From: an uncultured Planctomycetota bacterium
GTDB lineage: Bacteria; Planctomycetota; Planctomycetia; Isosphaerales; Isosphaeraceae
Assembly: GCA_963737655.1 (NCBI GenBank)
Contig: CAVTTN010000002.1
Location: 4,224,001-4,288,000, forward strand
Direction: 5' to 3'
DNA length: 64,000 nt
Within the stretch, counting starts at the first letter, position 1, and the number at the start of each line of letters is the position of its first letter. Made by a program: the position numbers and the translations under genes. Below are positions 40,391-52,704 of the stretch, in pieces. The notes under the pieces are model-generated. The model was not told the origin of the DNA. It searched no databases and saw nothing but the letters and a program-made list of their open reading frames with translations.

Positions 40391-43300
40391 ATGCCCCCGA
40401 CGGACCCACCCGCGAGGCCCCGGCCCAGTTGGAAACAGGCGAGCAAGCCCTCGGCCTCCCGGCGCAAGGCGTCGGGCCCGAAGTGGAAGAAGGACGCGGA
40501 AGCCGCGTCCGGAGGGACGGGACGCCGCTCCCGGGCCCTTCGCCTGGTGGGGGCGATCGTCGCGTCCCTGGTCTGTTGCGGCCTGCTGATCTGGATCGCC
40601 CTGTGGCTCCGACCGCTCCGGCCGTCCGGCCTGGTCCTCCTGGGGGCGGGCTATGAGACCGACCTGGCCGTCCCTCCGAACGTCGTGGGCTGGAACGGCC
40701 TGAAGGCCCTGACCGAGCTCGCTCGCCCGTCCCGGACGTCCCGAGGCCGGAGCGAGGCCGCGAGGTTCCAGGCCGCGGGCGACGGCCCCGCCCGGGTCGC
40801 CGAGGGGTCGGCCTGGGATGGCGACCTCGCCCGGGTCGCCGAGAAGACGGTCATCGTCGTCATGGCCATGCACGGCGCGGCCGATCAGCGGGGTCCGTAT
40901 CTGATCCTCGACGACGCCACGGCCGACGGCTCCGAGCGCCATAAGCTGCGGATCGAGGCCGTCCTGAACCGGCTCCGGCCCCTGGCCGAAGGGGGGAAGA
41001 ACGTCGTCCTGGTCCTCGACGCCACCCAGCCCCAGGCGATCTGGCCGATGGGCGTGATCCACAACACCTTCGCCGACGCCCTGAAGGCCATGGAGCCGGA
41101 GATCCTCAAGATCCCCCGGCTGATCGTCCTGAGCGCCAGCGACGTGGACCAGAGGTCGTGGGCCTCCGACGACTGGCGGCAGACGGCGTTCGTTCACTTC
41201 TTGATCGAGGGGTTGAAGGGCGCGAAGAAATCCGACCTGACGGCCTCGCGGAGGACCGACGGCCGGATCGACGCCCTCGAACTCTTCGAATTCGTCGAGG
41301 AGTCGGTGAGGAGCTGGGCGGCCACGAATCGCGAGGCCCTCCAGACGCCCGTCTTGCTGCCGACGGGGGCCGAGGGGCGGCGGAGGGCGTCGCGGATGGA
41401 GCTGGCCCTGGAGCCGTCCTCCTACGTCCCGCCCGACCCCCACCAGACGCCCGACCTGGTCTCCCCCCGGGAGCTCGCCGACGCCTGGGCCCTCCACGAC
41501 TCGTTGAGCAAGGGCGAGCCGAGTCCCGCGACCTACGCCCCTCGCCTCTGGAGGCTGTTCCGGGACAGCCTGCTCCGCTATGACGCGCTGGTCCGGGCCG
41601 GGGAGACCGAGAAATCGCCGAAGCTCAGCGCCGGGCTGAAGCGACTCGCCGAGGAGATCCGCCGGGCGGGGATCGTCGACCTGAAGTCGAGCCGGAATTC
41701 GTTCGCCATGACCGCCGCGACCGGCCGGCCCCGCTCCGGCAACCCCTCGGCCGACGCCCGGTTCCTCGCCCTCTGGAACGACCCGCCCGACGAGGCCGAG
41801 GCCCGCTGGAAAGGGTTCCTCGACGCCGCCAGCAACGAGGAATCGCGCCACGCCTTGAGGCGGATCGTCGCCGAGGCGGCGGTCCGCCGGGCGGCCGACG
41901 ACCCCGGGTCCGACCTGGCCAAGGCCCGGAAGCTCCTCGACCTGGTCTTGCCTCCCGGCGCGCCGGCCCCGGTCGAGGCGCACGACCTGATCCTCCTGGT
42001 CCGCGACCTGCCCGTCGCCCGGCCCCCGGCGGCCCTCCTGGAGACGATCTCCCTGGCGTTGAAGGTCCGGCTCAAGGCCGAGGAGGCGGCGGTGGGGGCG
42101 AGGTCCGAGGAAGTGCGGCCCTGGGTCGCCCCGATCGTCGCGCAGGCCGACCTCCTCCGCCAGACCGGCCGGGACCGGGTGATCTCCGCCGACCCGGCCG
42201 ACTGGGAAGTCGCCAAAAAGGAGCTCTCGGCGGCCGACGCCCTGTACGACAAGGCCCTGGCCTGGGCCTCGACGGTCCGAAACGCCTTCGCCGCGAGGGA
42301 CCAGGCCCTGGCCGACCTGCCGTATTATTCGCGATGGATCGCCTCGGGCCGGGGCTCGACCGGCTCGGCGACGACCCCGACGCCGCCTGGGCCGACCGCC
42401 TGGAGAAGCTCTGGATCGAGGTCCACGGCCTGGTCAGCGACCTGGAAACGCCGGCCGCGGCGCCCGATCGACCGGCCGACGGCGGCCTCGGCCTGGCCGT
42501 TCGGTCGTCGGCCGTGACCGACGGCCTGAAGGACGTGAAGACCCGTTTCGACACGATCTGGAAGGCCAATGAGCCGGTCGCCCAGGGATACTTCTGGGTC
42601 GCCGCCGAGTCGGCCCTGGTCGTCCCGTTCGACGATCCCGCCAGGCGGCTAGACCTGGAAGCCGACGTCCGCCAGGTCGGCCGCAAGCTCCTGATCGGCT
42701 CCGACGGCGGGGGCGGGGCCCGCCAGGGGGTCTCGCCCGAGAAGGCCCGAGATACCGCCCGGTCCCGGGCCCGCCTCCAGGCCCGGATGGCCCTGGCCAT
42801 CCTCGGCAATCGCCTGTTCGAGGAGATGCCCCCGGCCGATGGCCGCGAAGGGCTCGCCCAGGTCCGCGACCATCTCCGGGACGTCCGGTCCGGCGACGAC
42901 TGGTCCAAGCCGATCGACCTGATCGGCCGGCAGATCGGCATGCGATGGCGGGCGATCCCGGCCCTGATCAATCAGAGGGACGCCTCGGCCAGCAAGCCCG
43001 GGACGGCCTCCGCCCGGACCGACCTCCGGGCCGCCGACCGCCTCTCCCGGCAGATCGACGGGGCCCTGGCCGGGGCCGTCGGCGACGACCCCAGCCACTC
43101 CTATCGGGGACTCGTCCTCCGCGACCTCCTGCTGAACCAGGCCGCGAGGACCCTCTCCGACCACTGGTTCAGCGAGGATGAGGCGGCCGACCCGCCGTAT
43201 TATGTCGTCGAGGGCCGCGCCTATCTCGACGAAGCCTCGAAGCTCGACCCGAGGACTTCGCCCACGCCGGACCTCTCCGCGACCCTGGACCTCCGGCTCC

Positions 43301-45449
43301 GGGCCGATGGCAAGGTCCGCGTGACCGGGCCGAAGCGGCTCGTGCTGACCACCGAGAGGGCACTGGGCCTCGCCTACCGCCTGGACGTGCCCGAGGACGG
43401 CGACATCCCGGCCGGCTTCCCGGTCGTCTGGCTCGAGCCCGGCCGCGACCTCTCGGCCGAGGGGCCGTCGTCGGCCCTCCGCGCGGCGGTCCCGTTCGGG
43501 GCCGACGGCTCGCCGCCGATCCGAGGGACCGTGGCCTCGGAGTCGATCCGACGGGCCGAGGAGCACCCGCCGGAGGCCCCCAGGGTCGAGGGATCGGCCA
43601 TCGGTCTCCGGGGCCTCTATCGAGGCCAGGTCATCAAGCTCGACACGGCCGTGTCGGTCCACCCCCTCGCCGAGAATATCCTGGTCCAGGTCCCCCCGCC
43701 GACCCGGGCGAACGTCACCGTCCGGGCCGATCGCGACGTCCTCTCCCGATACGGCAGCAGCGGAGGCTCGCTCGCCATCGTCCTGGATTGCTCCGGGAGC
43801 ATGGGGGCGAAGCAAGGCCCTCCGGCGAAGTTCCAGGAGGCCACCAAGGCCCTCCGAGGGCTCTTGACCAAGGTGTCCCGCGGGACGAAGGTCAGCGTCT
43901 GGATCTTCGGGGAGGCCGTGGGGACCGCCCTGAAGGCCGAGGCCGAGCAGACCATCCGCCAGATGCTCCCGCCGACCGACTGGGACCCCGACGACTCCAC
44001 CGCGATCGACGCCCTGATGACCCGGCTCGAATATCCGGCGATCTATCCCTTCAACGAGTCGCCCATCCTCCGGACGATGATCCTCGCCCGAGAGGACCTC
44101 CGCAACGCGCCCGGCTTCAAGAGCATGATCGTCATCACCGACGGCATGGACAACCGGTTCCAGGACGACCCGGACTACAACCGCCAGAAGAAGGACGTGA
44201 GGACCGCCCTCCGCGACGCCTTCTCCGCCTCGGGGATCGAGGTCAACGTGGTCGGGTACAAGGTCGTCGGGCCGGAGGAAGAGGCCGCGAAGAAGCAGTT
44301 CTCGGTGGTCGAGGACCTGCCCGTCCCCGGGCGGTATTATGACGTGACCGACGCCCGGAAGCTCGCCGTGACCCTCGAACGCGCCCTCCGCCGCCGGCTC
44401 AAGTACCTGGTCGAAGAGCCCAACAACACGATCGTGGAAGGGTTCCCCGAGGGAGGTCTGGACGTGTCGGACCTGGGCGGGGGCGACCGCTGGTTCGCCC
44501 CGGCCTTCGACCCCGGGGGGTTCAAGCTGGTCGTCTCGGCCGACCGGACCCGGGAGAAGCGGATCATCCTCCGCCGAGGCGACCTGCTGCTGGTGGACCT
44601 CCTGGACGACCCCAAGGGCGTCGAGATCCGCCGGGGCCTGTTCACGCAGGATGACGAGCTGTACCGGCTCAAGCCGTCTCGCGAGAACGCGAGGAAGGAG
44701 TGGCGGCTCTCGGCCCTCCAGAACCGCTCGGTCGAGGGCAAGGGCCTCCAGATGATCGCGGCCCTGGAACGGCGGGTCGAGCCCGGGGAGACCGCCCTGG
44801 AGGTCATCCGGCCGAGGATGGCGTGGCTCGAGGCGAAGCCCTCGGAAGACGACGGCTCGGGGTATTCCTCCCGGTGGGGAGTGACCTACGACCAGCCCGC
44901 CCCGACGTGGGGCCTGAATGTGCCGAAGTGGCCGAAGTCGGCCGGGGCGTCGTCGCCGGCCCGGCCGGTCCTGACCGCCTGGTGGAACCCGGATCGCGAG
45001 ACGGCCCCGGCGGGGATCGTCGATCGCCTGGCCGATTACCGCTCGCTTCGCGACCTGACCGACCGGAAAGTCCCCCTGAAGACCGGCGGCGAGGTGATCG
45101 TCGAGTCCGTGGCGATCGAGACGCACCGGGTGGAGGTGGCCCCCGGAGTCCTCGACGATCGCTCGTGCCTGGTCGTCCGGCTCGCCTGCCCCGAGGGCAA
45201 GCCGTTCTGGTCCCGGCCGATGGGCCTGGACGCCGCCGGGTCCGAGCATCGGTTCTTCACCCGGGCGAACAAGTCCACCAGCCTGTTCTGGCCGGTCGAG
45301 CCCGACCAGGCGCTGGCGGGCCTGGCGCTCTACTCGGTCGCCGAGTTCAAGGCGGAGGCCGAGCGGAGGAAGTTCGTCGTGGAGCTCCCCCTCTCGCGCC
45401 GCCCGACCCGTCCGATCGCGGGCCGTTGCCGGTCCGGCTGGGTGAGTAG
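40391..45449 (+). CDS. large membrane-anchored protein: degenerate caspase-like domain + helical region + VWA domain (frameshifts near 42352 and probably 45393)
   Basis: Basic N-terminus then TM; MHG, VLDAT, SASDVDQRS, DGRIDALELFEFV and QTP caspase-fold landmarks; IVLDCSGSM and ITDG MIDAS. Confidence 0.75.
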
Positions 45450-45494
45450 CCCCGGAGTCGATCGGTGTCCCCAAGGAATCGGTGAGTGCCGCCC

Positions 45495-48400
45495 ATGGAC
45501 GAGCCGACGACGCCCCCGACTCCCCCGCCCCGCCGATGGCGAGGCGAATCCGCGCCGTCTCGGTTCGCGCCCAAGCGGACGAGACGGCGGCGGATGTTCC
45601 CCCTGGCGCTGATGGCCCTGGCGCTGATCGGGGTCCTCGCGGGATTCGTCAGCCTGTTCCGCCGGGCCCCCAATCCCCTGTTCGTCCCCCTGGGAGTGAC
45701 CGAGTACCGATCCCGCCTGATCGCCCATCCCGCGCAGGTGGAGCACGACCTGGAGGCGCTTCGCCTCGGCAAGTACTTCACCCGGGTCGAGGCCGGGGGC
45801 GCCACGGGCGACCGGGCGGGCCTGATCGACGCCCTGGCCGCCCTCCGCGATCGCCCGGCGGGGGAGTCGGTGGTGGTGTACCTGGCGGCCCGGTCGTCGG
45901 TCTCCCCTTCGGGAGAGGTCCAGGTCCTCGCCGCCGACGCCGACCCGGAGGATTCGCGGACCTGGCTGCCCCTCCGCGAGGTCCTCGAATCGTTCCGCGA
46001 CTGCCCGTCGGTCCACAAGCTCCTGGTGCTCGACCTGGCCGACGCCGTGGTCGATCCCGGGCTCGGGCTGATCCTGGACGACGTGGGATCGCGCCTGCCG
46101 GGCGAGCTCCGCGCCGTGGCCGACCCGAATCGGCTGGTCCTGGCGTCGATCGGACCGGGTCAGCGGGCTTATTCGTCGCCCGACCTCGGCCGGACGGCCT
46201 TCGGGTTCTACTTCGAGGACGGCCTCCGAGGCTGGGCCGAGCGCAAGACCGCCGAAGGCCTGCTCGACGGGATCGTGACCGTGGGCGAGCTGGCGGAGTT
46301 CGTCCGCGCCCACGTGGATCGTTGGGCCCGGGCCAATCGCGGGGCCCGGCAGATCCCCACCCTCTACGGGACGGGCCGGGACTTCCCCCTGATCGCCCTG
46401 GAACGGGCCCGGCCTCGGCCCCACATCGAGCCTCCCGGCGACCTCCCGGCGTATCCCAAGATCCTCCACGACGCCTGGGCCAACCGCGACCAATGGAAGG
46501 CCGAAGGGCGGGACCGCGACGCCCCTCGCGCCTTCCGGATGATCGAGGCGCTCCTGCTCGAGGCCGAGCAGGAATGGAAGGCCGGCGCCGACGAGACGAA
46601 GATCAAGGCGAGCCACCTCAACCTGATCCTGGCCTTGAAGGAACGCTTGCTCGGGGCCCGAGAGATCCCCCACCCCCGCCCTCGGTCGATCGCCCTGGCC
46701 GAATCGCTCGGGGCGAAGCCCGACCGGGCGACGGCGGCGGCGCTCAAGGCGCTGACCGTCCGGTGGGACGCGCTGCCCCCGGCCAAGCCGGGCGATCCCC
46801 TGCCCGACCCGGCGAAGTTCGCCTCGGACCTGCTCGCCAGGCAGAAAGGCCGGCCGGAGATCGACCTGGCGTCCGCCGCGTTCGGGGCCGCCGCCGATCT
46901 GGACTCCCCCCGGCCCGAGGCGATCCGGTTCCTCGACGCGGTCCTCGCCCAGGCCCAGCCCCAGCCGATGTTCGTGGAAACGCTGGCCCTCCGCCGGCTC
47001 GCCGAGACCTCGCTCCTGCCCGGCTGGTCGCCCGAGTCGGCCCGGAGGCTCCTGGAGCTGGTCCGCGAGGGGGAAAAGGCCGAGGCGAACCTCGCCAGCT
47101 TCTCCTGGTCGAGCGCCCTGCTCCAGGTCGCTGCGGCCAAACGGACCGACGCCGAGGCGCTGTTCTTCTCCCCGGGATTCGCCCCTCGCGACCGCGCCGA
47201 TCGGCTCGTCCGGCAGGCCCTGGACGGATATCAGCGGGCCCTGGCCCGGGAATCCGCCGTGGACGAAGGCCGCAAGGCCCTGGACGACGCCATCTCCATC
47301 CTGCCTCCCCTGTCGGGGCTGCTCGACGACCAGCCCGACCTCCGACCCTCCTGGGACCGCGCGGTGATCGAGGCCCGGGCCGTGTTCTCGACCGTCGGGG
47401 GCGCGCCCGGGCCGACGTGGATGCCCAGTTGGACGACGTCCGTCCCCGGGTCGCCGAGCTCGCCCGATTCGTCGAGGACCTCCGCAGGCCGACCTCTCCC
47501 CGGGGAGTGGCCGAGGCGATCGAGCGATCGAAGGCGCCCACGGCCGGGGCGTCGTCCTACAACGAGCTGGAAGGCATCCTGAGCAGCCCCCTGCCCCGGG
47601 CCGACGACCGCCTCGCCGTCTGGAACGCGCAGAGGGCGCTCGGCGGCCGCCTCCTGATCGAGAGCCTCTCGGCCGATCGGGTGACGGGCCAGGTCGCGCC
47701 GAGGGTCCGCGAGCCGGATCTCACGATCGCGTCGCTCGAACGAACCGACCGCGAGCGGGCCCTGAGACGCGCCCGGGAATCGATCGACCTCCTGGCCCTG
47801 GGCGGCCTGGACGAGCCGACCCTGGCCGGCCTCCGCGAGGCGGCCCAGGCCGTCCAGCCCGACCTGCCGAACCCGAAACCGCTGGGCGACCTGGCGACGG
47901 CCCTCCTCGTGGCGTGGAAGACCGACGTGCCCGAGAAGCTCGCCCGGCTCCCGGCCGGTCGCGAGAGGCTGGGCTGGATCCTGCCGGGCCTCCGGCTCTA
48001 TCCGGCCATCGATGCCCTGCCCCAGGGCCCGCGGATGCTCCGGCGGATCGACCAGGCCCGGCCGTTGTGGACCTGGCTGGCCTCGAGGTACGAGGCCCGC
48101 GCCTCGGACCTCGACGGCTCCGCCTTCTTCGCCTCCGCCGCGAGGGACTACCGCCCGTTCGGCGAGCCGGCCCGGGTGGCGGCCGTCGAGATCGAAGGGC
48201 CCTCCGGGCCGATCGCCGTCTCGCCCTCGAGGCCGGCGGTCACGACGACCTTCCGGTTCCGGCTGACCTCGGCGGAGGCCCGGGACGCGACGGCGACCCT
48301 GGATCTGCTGACCCCCGACGACGAATGGTTGAGCGTCCGCCCCGAAGGCTCCGCCCCGGGCGATTCGGCCTCGCCGGGCCTGGCGATGGACCTCTCGGCC

Positions 48401-50212
48401 GGGGCCGCCGTGGAGGTGCCCGTCCGCGTCGAGCTCCGGCCCGACGCCGACGCCGCCCGGACCGCCCCGCCCCGCGGCTTCCTCGTCCGCGTCCGCATGG
48501 GGGACCGGACGTTCCATCGAGCCGTTCGGGTCTCGCTCGTCTCACCCCGGGAGCAGGTCCAGATCCTCCTGAGCGCCGACCCCAAGGAGCCGTCGGCCCC
48601 CCGGAATGACCTCCGGGTCCGGCCCACGGCCGAGAGGCTGCCCGTGTTCCTCTACGTGAGGAACCCGTCGGAGAAGGCCCGGACGGTGGTCGTCGAGATC
48701 GCGACCGACGGGGCCGTCCGGGGCGAGACGAAGCTCACCCTGGGCCCGGGGGACACGGTCCCGGCGAAGTTCGGCGACCCGGCGGCGAAGCTCGACCCGA
48801 TCTTGCCCGAGGTCCGCGAGGCGGTGGAGGTCCGGGTCCTGGACGGCGAGAACCGCGCCAACGTCCTCCAGACCCGCCGGTTCCCCGTGGCGATCGCGGC
48901 CCCCCTGGAATACCTGGGAGTCCAGGCGGCCCAGTACGAGCCTCCGTCGTCCGACAACGGCGGGAAGACCCGCCTGAGCATGACGCTTCGCGCCGTCGCC
49001 CCCCTGGGCAAGATCCCCTGCCCGGTCGAGATCGTCCTGCCTTCCGAAAGGATTCCCGGCCTCCTCGCGCCCGGATTGGGCACCTTCCGGGGGATCGTCC
49101 CGGCCGACGGCTCCCCCCTGATCCTCTTCGCCGAGGGTATTCGCCTGGCCGAGGGGGAGGACGAGACGGGTTTCGTCGAGCTCAACGTGGACAGCGTCCA
49201 TCGCGCCGTCGTGTTCCGAACGACCTTCGCCCGGCGGGGCGATCCCACCCTCCTGAAGGCCGAGACCGCGCCGGCCTTGAGGCTCCGGGCGGCCGATCAC
49301 GTCCTCTCCAGCGCGAAGTTCCCGGTGGTGGCCGAGGTGGACAACCCGCCGGCCGGCTCGAAGCTGGAGATCAGCCTCGGCCGATACACCCCGAGGGGAT
49401 TCCGGGCCGACCTGATCGAGGAATTGCCCGAGGCCCGCCGCAAGCACATCGGCTTCCTGCCCAACGGTCCCGGAGGGGCCTTGCTCCTGGAGGCATCCGA
49501 GGGCGATTGGGCGATCGAGCTCGACCCGAAGCGGATCATCGGCGGGCGAGACCTCCGGGCCAGGCTCCTCCGCGCCGATGACTCGGAGATCCTCTCGGTT
49601 TCGAAGCCCGTGGAGCTGGACGACCGGCCCCCTCAGGGCGTCCATCTCTCCGACCTCCCCGCCCGCGCGAAGAAGGGGGCGCCCCTGGCCGTCCGGGCGC
49701 TCACGGGGGCCTCCGAGGGGGAGATCGCCGAGGTCAAGTTCTTCCTCGGCCGACCGGCCGACGGCAAGCCCCCCGCGGGACCTCCGCCCACGCCCGGCAA
49801 GCCCGAGGACGCCGCGCGGACCGTCTGGAGCGCCACTTTGCCCCTGCCGTCCGACAAGGCCGGGCCGACCGAGATCAGCGTCCAGGTCACCAACGCCGTC
49901 GGCCTCAGCGGCTTCGATACCGCCGTGGTGGACCTCGTCGACAACCTGCCCGCGACCCCCGCATCGATCCGAGGGGTGGTCAACGAGGGGACGCGGACCC
50001 AGTCCAACCTCGCCGTGGTCCTGACCGACCCGAAGAACACCGAGGTCCGCCGGACCAAGACGGACAAATCCGGCAAGTTCGCCTTCGAGGACCTGCCTCC
50101 CGGCGCCTACACCGTGACGGCCTCGAAGGAGACGACCCGCACCAAGGGGAGCCAGAAAGTCGAGCTGACCCCGGGGGCGAGGCGAACGGTGGTCCTGGAC
50201 CTGTATCGGTAG
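45495..50212 (+). CDS. large membrane-anchored paralog: degenerate caspase-like domain + helical region + beta-sandwich domains + C-terminal carboxypeptidase-regulatory/CnaB-like domain (frameshift near 47410)
   Basis: TM after RRRR; VYLAAR, VLDLA, DGIVTVGELAEFV, QIP; C-terminal TKTDKSGKFAFEDLPPGAYTVTA. Confidence 0.75.
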
Positions 50213-50305
50213 TCGTCCGCCCGCATCCCCGTGGGCCGGGTCGGAGGCGTCGCGGACCCGGAAGGCAGTCCCGGCGGCCCGTCCTCCGGGAGGCGCGGGC
50301 CCGGC

Positions 50306-51925
50306 TCACTTCGGCGAGAGCAGGATGCCCACGCCGATCGAGACGATGATCGTGACGACCAGCCCGGCATATCCAAACGTGGTCCATTTGGAGTAGTCGG
50401 TATCCTCGGCCAGGGCCGAGCGGGTCCAGGAGATGTAGTCCTGGCTCTCCGTGAGCCGGCGGAAGACGCCGGGGACGAAGGCTTGCTGGCGGGCCGGGTC
50501 GGGGCCGGTCCCGACGAGGTAGCAGCCTCCGAGCATCGGCGGGGCGCCCTCGACGAGAGTCCCCCGGATCAAGATCCGGCTGAGCCTCTTCTGGCGGTCG
50601 CGGACGTTCCTCAGGAGCTGATAGAGCTGGACATTCCCCTCGACCGTCTCGGTGAGGTCGGCCCCTCCGGCGGCCTCCACCCTCCAGAGCTTGTCGATCA
50701 TGTCGGGGAAGAGCTTGTTGCCGATCCACTGCACGCCGCTCTCGATCATCGAGGGGACGGCCGAGGGCTCCAGGTCGGGGACGAGCGGGAACCTCTGGCC
50801 CATCCGCCGTTCCTTCTGGCCTTCGGGCAGGCGCTCGATCAGTTGTCGGAAGCCGGGGAGGGCTTCGAGCTCGGTCACGACGACGAAGACGGGGCAGACC
50901 AGGCGGAAGACGTCCCGGGCCGAGGCGAGGTCCCTCTGGAGGATCGTCCCGGCCTGGCTCGCGTCGTCGTCGGAGTCGCACGAGGCCATCGGCAGGAGGA
51001 CGAGGATGCCGTTGATCGGGCAGAACGGCCGGCGGTCGCGGACGATCAGGCGGCAGAGGTGATGGAGGCGGGCCGAGAGCAGGTCGGCCTCCCCCTTGTT
51101 CTTGAAGATCGAGGGCCGGGCTCGGCCGGAGGAGGTCTCCTCGCTGGCCACGAGCAGGCCGATGGCCCTCTTCTCCTCGTCGAGGAGCTGGCCCATGCCT
51201 CGGCCCTGCTCCCGGGCCCGGGAGAGGATCGCCTCGACCGACTTGACCCCCTCGCCCTTGTTGCCGGCGGCGATGGTGGCGAAGGTTTCCTCGGGCGCCT
51301 CGACGGGGGTGGCCGTCTCGATCGAGCCGGGGCCGCCGGTCTCGGCGTAGAGGGCCGCCTGGCGGCCCAGGAGCGAGGCCCCGGAGCAGGTCACGTACAC
51401 GCCGTCGCGGTTGGCGAAGACCCGGACCGGGGCGTCCGACCGCCTCGGCACGCCCGCCACGTCCAGGGGCATCCCGGCGGCCTGGAACAGCGTCTCCTCG
51501 GCCGTCGCCGGCCGGCCCAGGACGAGGAACAGGGGCGTCTCGGTCAGGTCGATCCCGGCGGAGTCCAGCGAGCGGCAGGCCTCGGCCCAGGCGGCGTCCA
51601 CGTCGGGGAAGTCGGAGGATTCCTGCTCGGGCCCCAGCAGCTTCCAGAGGCTCCAGCTCAGCCAGCAGAGGACGTAGAACAGCGCGAAAAGCAGGGGGAG
51701 CCAGACGCTCCGCAGCGCCACCAGCCGGGTCGAGAGGTATTTCTCCAGCCCGAGGGCGTAATTCAGGACGCCCAGGCCGATCAGGATCAGGAGGACCAGG
51801 ACGAGGTGGAGCCCCCAGCGGACGGCCGGGCTCATCCCCCGGCCTTGCCGGGCCTTGGAGAACATTGGCAGGACCAGGCCCACCAGCCCCTTCAGGCCGG
51901 CGGCGATTCGTCGGAGGAACGTCAT
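50306..51925 (-). CDS. tssM: T6SS membrane subunit TssM/IcmF, N-terminal cytoplasmic part only (539 aa)
   Basis: Two N-terminal TMs, PLFLVLG, CPINGILVLLP, CPVFVVVT.LE.LPGF, MGQRFP, GGCYL.GTG, terminal TM; follows tssL. Confidence 0.8.
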   Translation of the reverse strand: MTFLRRIAAGLKGLVGLVLPMFSKARQGRGMSPAVRWGLHLVLVLLILIGLGVLNYALGLEKYLSTRLVALRSVWLPLLFALFYVLCWLSWSLWKLLGPEQESSDFPDVDAAWAEACRSLDSAGIDLTETPLFLVLGRPATAEETLFQAAGMPLDVAGVPRRSDAPVRVFANRDGVYVTCSGASLLGRQAALYAETGGPGSIETATPVEAPEETFATIAAGNKGEGVKSVEAILSRAREQGRGMGQLLDEEKRAIGLLVASEETSSGRARPSIFKNKGEADLLSARLHHLCRLIVRDRRPFCPINGILVLLPMASCDSDDDASQAGTILQRDLASARDVFRLVCPVFVVVTELEALPGFRQLIERLPEGQKERRMGQRFPLVPDLEPSAVPSMIESGVQWIGNKLFPDMIDKLWRVEAAGGADLTETVEGNVQLYQLLRNVRDRQKRLSRILIRGTLVEGAPPMLGGCYLVGTGPDPARQQAFVPGVFRRLTESQDYISWTRSALAEDTDYSKWTTFGYAGLVVTIIVSIGVGILLSPK

Positions 51926-51940
51926 CGAGGGCTCTCGCGG

Positions 51941-51960
51941 TCGGGTCGGGTCGGGTCGGG
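51941..51960 (+). repeat. (TCGGG)4 microsatellite in the tssL-tssM spacer
   Basis: Four exact copies, 16 bp upstream of the tssM start codon. Confidence 0.8.
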
Positions 51961-51971
51961 CGGGCAGGCGG

Positions 51972-52664
51972 TCAGCCGAGTTGCTGGACGGCGAGGAAGG
52001 CGGCCAGGGGGATCAACATCAGGAGGACGACCCCGACGACCATCACCATCGTCCCGAATCGGTCCCGGCCGTGGAGGGGCGGGACGCTGCTCGGCGGCTC
52101 GAGCTCGGGCGGGTAGGGCCACTCCTGGGCCTGGTTCCGGGCCATCTGCGCCCGGGTCGCGGCGACCCACGCCTGGAGCTGGTCGGGCCTCTCGCGGAGC
52201 TCGCCCCGGAAGCCCAGCATCACGCAGAGGAAGAACACCTCGACGGCGTCCTTGCCCGACCTCGCCTCGGCCCGGCGGGCCTGCTCCCAGAACTTCCAGG
52301 CGCGGTCGTTCGTGCCGTAGAGGGCGACCTCCATCTTCTTCTCATTCCACTTCTCGCCCCAGGACGAGTCGAGGATGAAGACCTCGTCGATCCAGCAGAC
52401 CAGGGCGTAGCGGATGCCCAGGAATTGCTGGGCCCCTCTCCCTCGGACGTCCTCGCCCCGGTGGGCCGAGGCCGCCATCGTCTCGGCGCCGCCCTCGCCG
52501 CCGAAATCGCCCCAACGGCGGGCCTCCATCTCCGACAGGAGCAGCCCCTTGAGGGCCGCCTGCTCGATTTCGAATGCCGGCGCCTCGCCGCGCTCCAGCT
52601 TGGCCTTGAGCTGGAGCGCGTAGGAGATCACCGGGTGGACGAGGTTGACGATCGCGTCTTGCAT
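51972..52664 (-). CDS. tssL: T6SS membrane subunit TssL/DotU
   Basis: RYALVCWIDE, W...KMEVALYG, FWEQA, EVFFLCVMLGFRG, C-terminal TM with no OmpA domain. Confidence 0.9.
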   Translation of the reverse strand: MQDAIVNLVHPVISYALQLKAKLERGEAPAFEIEQAALKGLLLSEMEARRWGDFGGEGGAETMAASAHRGEDVRGRGAQQFLGIRYALVCWIDEVFILDSSWGEKWNEKKMEVALYGTNDRAWKFWEQARRAEARSGKDAVEVFFLCVMLGFRGELRERPDQLQAWVAATRAQMARNQAQEWPYPPELEPPSSVPPLHGRDRFGTMVMVVGVVLLMLIPLAAFLAVQQLG

Positions 52665-52704
52665 GACGAGGGGTTTCCTCCCGGTCTCGCTGCCCGAGGC
52701 GAGA

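Noticed and set aside
37970..41983. 1337-aa VgrG with a long N-terminal extension
   Set aside because: The extension is antisense to the 40391 gene; VgrG homology starts at 40162
40391..46370. Active metacaspases or a caspase-based anti-phage/cell-death system
   Set aside because: Catalytic Cys is absent in both proteins (LDAT, LDLA), the domains follow a TM anchor, and no gasdermin/NLR/TIR partner is visible
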